Assembly (NCBI GenBank): GCA_002633005.1
Contig: NMRA01000018.1
Location: 1,127,531 to 1,191,530, forward strand
Reading direction: 5' to 3'
Source of the DNA: Phoronis australis
Taxonomy: Eukaryota; Animalia; Phoronida
Length of the DNA: 64,000 nt
The notes below the pieces were generated by a model. It saw only the letters and a list, made by a program, of their open reading frames with translations. It was not told the DNA's origin and made no database searches. Positions 58,030 through 64,000 of this stretch are shown here, piece by piece. The position numbers and the translations under genes are program-made. Every line of letters starts with the position of its first letter. The stretch's first letter is position 1.

Positions 58030-60942
58030 TTGTTTTCTGGGCTATTCGAACGGACGTATGCTGAAGGATTGGGTTGATACGTTTTGCCCGAGTAAAATGG
58101 GTACAGACTACTGTGAAGAGGGCGGTCGAGGGGACAGGCAACTATAGAATTGTTTGATGGATGTGAATTTTCCGTTTTTTTCTCTTATTCCCTCCGCGCA
58201 TTTTTGTTATATTTCCCGCGGAAAAATCGGATTTGTCATAAAATTTCTGCAGTGAATTGGTTTCTAACCGCGGCGTTGCCGACAACTCGAAAAATGGAAA
58301 CTGCTCTTTATGTTTTGGAGGAACGAAAATCGCAATTGCCGGGGCACCTGGGATTGCATGGTTCATGAAATGGCGTCTGCATATGGTATTAATCACAGGC
58401 GCTCGAATTTCCCGATGACCCGTAACCATATAATTATTAGTATTGAGTGGCGTCATTTGCAATCGAGGAACGGATAAACCTAAGCGCCTGTGGTATTAAT
58501 CGCCGTGACAAATAGTGCCTGCGATTCTGTGACCAAAAACGCGTGGAGCTTGGAGTAGACAGAATATTTCGTGGAAAAGTGGATAAAAGAAACGGTCAAT
58601 GTGTTCGCAAACAACAATTGGAATCGTGGGATGTGAGTGATGTATGAAATTCTTTTGTTTGGTCCCACGTGCAAGCCCTTGCCGGGAGTTGCCAAGTTGG
58701 CTGCCTAGGCCCGAGTCCGCCGATTTTCCATGTGCCGCCGAAACCGGATACAAAGTGCTATTTTCGTTACTGCAAATTGCAAATATGTTTTAAGTTGTCC
58801 TTGATGTATTCCAATTTATTTTGATATTTTCATGTTTTATTTTTGTTAAAAAGTCTTATTTTGACCGACTCGAGTTTTGCAGTTCAAAAGAGAAGTGGTC
58901 ACGTTGCAGGTTCTGAATGATCTGATTGGTTCAAGCCATTGTTTACAAATTCTGCTAGCCTATTTTGGGTGTCCTTGTAGTTATTTCTTATGTCACATAG
59001 TTTGTTCTACACCAGCGTGGCTTATGAACAATTATCTCCTGTGAGTACTGTTATAAACTGAAAAGTTTGGCCAACTTAGGATTGTGATTGATGTGTTCTA
59101 TAGTTTAAAGTATGTTGTTTTTGACCTTCATTTTATCCAAGCTAATAGTTGGGGTATGAGCCAAAGGTTTTCGTCTCGACTTTTTCCATTGCGTTGGAAT
59201 TAATTTTTGTTGGAATTAAATGTGTATGTATTTCAGGCTTTCCAGTTAATCTGGGTCGATCTTCAATTTTTTATAATTTTGTATACTAATTATAAGAACT
59301 TAAAATAATGAAAAGAATTTTCTAGGTTTCCTCGCAGCAAACCAAGAACAACCTTCTGTCATTCACACTGCAAATTTTACATCATTATGTTTATTATTTT
59401 AATTTTAAAGAAATATCTTTTGTTGCATCTAATTTCCTTCATTATTGTTGCTGAAATAGATGTCAGGTACTGCTTAAAATGAGTGCGTTTTGCCAACACG
59501 ACACAGTTACTGGACATCTTGTGATAATAATGTTTACTTTCGATATGTTGAGGTATGGTTTTATAGATTGCAATATGTTTTTGGGGCAGTTAAAAATTTC
59601 CTCTTTTTTGTCATGGGTCATTCCAAGCCCTGAATGTAAAGTAGTTTGCCACAGGACTTTTGATATTGTTGTAGCTTAAGTGACGCGTTCTAGCAAGTAC
59701 CTGGTGCTATCAATGACTCACAGAGCGAGACTTTCTAGAGGCGTCTGTATTTGAACTAGCGACAAAGCTACGAATATTGCCGCTTGGGGGATAACGGTGT
59801 CGCCGCTGTCCCCTTCCCTCCGTCTCCAGGCTCCACAAGTGTCGCAGCAGCTATAAACACGCCTTCCGTCAAAAAAATTCGCCGCTTTAAGGATGCTTTT
59901 GCAGCTCCAAGATGGAACTGTGCTCCTACATGAACTAAGAATCTTGACAATTAGCACGTTTTAGAAATTATGGCAATCCAAAGTTTAATGTGGTTCGCAT
60001 GAATCTCTCATTGCGTATGTACTGAACCGAGTGGCCTCGGGTGCTCGATGATTCGTTTTGCTCTTCTTCACTGAGGCGACACACGAAAGCGAATCTTTGC
60101 ACTGATTACGTCACTGGTTACCATGTGATTGAATGAGTAGGTCGATACATTTTGGAGAACTTAAAAGGTGTTAATTAGGGTGCTTGCGTGCTTGGCTCTG
60201 CTCGTATGTAACGAAATTATGAGTGTGATATTTTGTGTTTTAGTTTTTGTGACGCTCTTTTAAAGTAGCTATAAACTAGCGTTCTGTCCAAGAAATGGTA
60301 ACTTTTGAGTTAGACCACTTATCACTGGTCTCAGTTTGTTCCTTACGTAGATGAGAAGTGATTTTTGGGTTTGTAAAGAACTGATGGTTTGTGCTTGTGG
60401 TCGTTCTCGGCGCATGAAATGTCAAATCAATTCCTGGTTTCGATTAATAACGAACTGTCAGTTCTTTCGGAGAACAGAAATCATCTCTTGAAAACCATGG
60501 GGCAATTTTGAGACCAAGTCCAATGTCGTATGGGTGTGTGATAAAGTATAGTAAAATGTCTGTGTTGGAAGGCAGTTTTATCGTGGCTTTATATCCAGAT
60601 AGCCTAGTGCGAAGGTGTTTTCTTATTTCGTACGTGTTAATTAAGACCATGTGATAAAATATAATTTTTCAATCTTTGCCGTTGCTGCTGACTTGTGCAA
60701 ATAATTCATCCATCAGGGCTGTGTCGCGTTTAGAGTGGAACGCGGAAGGGTATTCCTGTATCCAATGTCATTTCCTGGTTTTGTCACCTGTCTATCGTTC
60801 ATGACACCCGAGAACGTTAAACTTTAACATTTACCAGTGAAGGTCGTAAGACCGCACTGATTTTTTTTACCCGAGATCGAACCTTTTTTGTCGTTTTCTA
60901 TTGCACTGTTGTGGGAACATGAGGTAGGTGTCTCGTATTACA

Positions 60943-61214
60943 TGCCCGAGTATATAACGGCTTTATCAAATGGATGACTGCCAAGTCATACACAATCCAC
61001 AGCGGTGCAGACGATGGTACGGCATTTCACTAAACCAGATAAAATGCACCAAGCTAGCAAGAAACGTTGAAATCGGAGGACAGAGATATCACAGCATTAT
61101 ACAAGACTGACTACTCGGGCATATCTTACTTGGTTATACGGACCTCGGAAGAGCAAAGTTTCGTTGTATCCGCCTCGGCTATATTGCTCTCCGTCGGTCC
61201 ATATGTAACCCAAC
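60943..61214. repeat. Element with two nested inverted repeats (non-autonomous transposon-like)
   Basis: tgcccgagta / tactcgggca and ttggttatacggacctcggaagagcaa / ttgctctccgtcggtccatatgtaacccaa. Confidence 0.5.
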
Positions 61215-63357
61215 ATAGGCGTAGGAATTGAGAATTCACGCATGACAATCAACAGTTGTATTATAATTGATTATTCAAGTATATTCATTCCTTCGAACAC
61301 ATCTTGTCAGAGTACAAAAGTAGACTTCAAATGATTTATAAAATTTTTTGTCAAGCCGGCGAGTCATAAATGCCTGAGGGTCAGAATATTACAGTAAAAC
61401 TGGCAGAAGATGGATCAAACCGGACATATGGGTTTTATATAACGGAATAAAATGAAATCCCAGTTACCAGAAGGGTGCAGGGCACACTGAGCTAGAATGG
61501 CCGCCGCTCACCATCGGCGGCACTTAACATGAATTATGGTTATGTAAAACCTTATCGACAAATCTGTATTTTGCCGAATATATTTTTAGTAAATCTAGCA
61601 AAAAAGGAAGTATCAATAATATCAACATTTTTCTCAATTATCATTTTCTGTTCCTATTATGCAACATTACATTTTTCATGAAAATAAAAAAGTCTTATTT
61701 TTATAGCTAACCGTGCATAATAATGGAATATAAGTTTCTAACAGTGTTTTGGAGAAAAGTGGATAGAACATATCTGAAAATTTCGTATGAATCGGAAAGG
61801 CCATTTCTGCGATCTGAAGTTACGAAGATAGCCAAATTTGAACAATTGTCCTACATAACCTAAAACGAAAAACCCGACACATTACCATCTTATGTAGATT
61901 TACTGTTATATTGTCTTAAAAACAGATTTCACTCGCTCCTAAAATTATAATTGCTTAATGCGATTCCTATAATGACAAAATTCACACATGGATAGTGTCC
62001 ATCTGATTACACTAAATTTCTAAGGTTATAAAAAGCTAAGTAGGTGGGTTACATTAATTTCTCATTTATGGCACAATGTTGACAACCAAAACCCACCAAG
62101 GATGTACACAAACTCTTCAAATGCTCCAAAAAAAATACCACCAAGACTTTGTAGCTTGTGTAGCTTGGCAACAGAGTACATGTTACAAAAAATTGCTAGA
62201 GAAAATCAAGCTAAGAGTATAAATACAAAAATGTCAATGGATAGTAAGGTAAAGTAGTAGTAGCAGCAACAATACAGCATCAGTGCTGTGCAATAGGAGC
62301 AGCAGTAGTTACAATAGAAGCACGCCTAGCTAAGAATGACTGAGGAGGCCTCTACGAAGGTATGCCCATAATCATCAAAGTTATTACAATGAATTACATA
62401 CCCAAAGCCACTGTAATTTAAATAATGGTCCTGCTGTTAACCCCTCCTTGTATTGTGCAGGTTACATTTTAAAAGGTCAATGAATCCCAAAGTCAACTTT
62501 TGATTTGTGCCAGTTACTACTGTACAGTGTGCCTTGTCCTGGTTTGTATTGGGATTAGAAACGAGACTTAAGAATAACTGACACTACATTATTACTTCAG
62601 ACCACGCCCATTAGGTTGCCTATCAAGACAGGTTAGTTTCAGCTGCCACAGAAGCATGGCCGACTCGGTGGATTTCCATGCGATTTAATGCAACCAAAGG
62701 ATAAGAATGCATCGACATTTCTTTAGATTTAATTTTACAGCAAGTATGTCTGTGAAGAAAGTTAATGATTTAACACTAGAATATGGTTTACATGGGCTTT
62801 GAATGGCACCAACTAGTGGGGATACACCAGGAGAGCTTAATTCATGTTCAGTCAACTGTTAATCATAGATTTGTAGACTGTTCTCCCACTAATCGGGTGA
62901 ACATGACCAAATTCCTTAAGAACCCAATATAGAACTTTTCTCAGGAAGAGAACCCAACATGTACTTGGCCTTGGCTGTCAGTTTGCTAAAAACGTTCTTA
63001 ACATGCATAGTTACACAAACATATTAGTTTTGGCTTTTTGTCATTTTCTTAGTTTACATGTAATACATAAATCCGTGTTTGAATTAATGGAAGGTACAGC
63101 GTAAACCAAAAGTGTTCAGACAAAATGACCTGGAATTCCCTGGCAGAGTGAAAGCAGAATTTATGATCAGAGTAGTCTTCCCTCATAACCAAGAGTGAAA
63201 AGGAATTAATAAAAAGTTAGACAAGTGGCTAACTCACTCTGTAATTAGAATTTTGTCACCCTCTTGGTTATCACCAATAACATTTTTGTTAACAGAGTTA
63301 GCCATCATGATGGGGAAAATGGTATTTTGTCTAATTACTTTTGCCTTGTACTGTATA

Positions 63358-63569
63358 TCACTGACTGATCACTGTTCCTCGCCAGTACTTGCCGTGTCTG
63401 TAGAGACATATAGCACAACTAGTGTTAAGCTCTTGTTTTATATTATACATTATACATTATATACTATTTCTGTACAGTGGCTTTAAAAAGCAGTATGATG
63501 TTTACACCTTTGTTGATCTTGGGTGTTTAGTTGTCTCTTCATAATCTCCAACTCATCACTTGTAGTCAG
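63358..63569 (-). CDS. Probable last two coding exons (63508-63569 and 63358-63397) of an unidentified convergent gene: ...LTTSDELEIMKRQLNTQDQQRHGKYWRGTVISQ*
   Basis: Minus-strand acceptors ttcttttcaaacag and tgtctctacag; 110-nt intron with a weak donor (AG|gtgtaa); phases join to TGA. No family recognised. Confidence 0.5.
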
Positions 63570-64000
63570 CTGTTTGAAAAGAAATTAACACAAAATAAGC
63601 AAATGTATATTCCCAGAAATGAAAAACAACAGACAGTGTCAACAAAGTAACAACTGCGGATGTAAAATAGGATGCAAATGAGATGGTTTGTGAAATTACA
63701 TGATCATAGTGTTTGTGTGAAATAATGGTACACTCTATTTCCCATACCAATGGTAACTGAAACTTCCACTTCACACAGGTATATATTAAGTAAACTTTAA
63801 TTGAAACTTTAACGGGGATGCAAGTGCCATAATTTAAATATCCTCACGGATTAACAAATCTATAGTCTGAATCCCTCCCTAATTTTAATTAAAACAATTC
63901 TCATTTTTGGTAACAGTGAACAAGTTTGAGCAGAAAGGCACACATTTACAGCAACATACATTACAGTCTAAACGTTTTGTTATACACTTTCCATCACAGA

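Noticed and set aside
49416-58141. Many minus-strand and alternate-frame ORFs overlapping the giant ORF
   Set aside because: Short shadow ORFs expected opposite a long coding exon; no motifs recognised.
59718-59957. GC-richer patch with short minus-strand ORFs downstream of the RBM12-like gene
   Set aside because: No recognisable motif or convincing splice pair.

Overview
Eukaryotic (invertebrate animal, probably marine lophotrochozoan-like; inferred from gene and repeat types only) genomic DNA, AT-rich, with two assembly gaps. It contains: (1) the last ten coding exons of an LRRCC1-like coiled-coil gene on + (3016-31979), reconstructed by hand with consistent GT-AG phases; (2) one uninterrupted 8.5-kb coding exon for a 2847-aa RBM12-family protein with about nine RRMs (49486-58029, +); (3) probably the last two exons of an unidentified convergent gene on - (63358-63569). 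Introns and intergenic DNA are packed with mobile DNA: two inverted Kolobok-type elements with THAP remnants, two Helentron-type (HINE) elements carrying arrays of CTCF-like motifs, a decayed Penelope-like element, a young L1/Tx1-type insertion with a twin-priming-like structure, several MITEs and minisatellites. No rRNA, tRNA or CRISPR features were seen. I cannot demonstrate a new multi-gene system. The best candidates for novelty are the giant RBM12 derivative with a repeated, apparently selected DIRIVQLAN-type motif, and minisatellites that grew out of LRRCC1 splice donors. All family assignments are from memory of sequence motifs, not from database searches.
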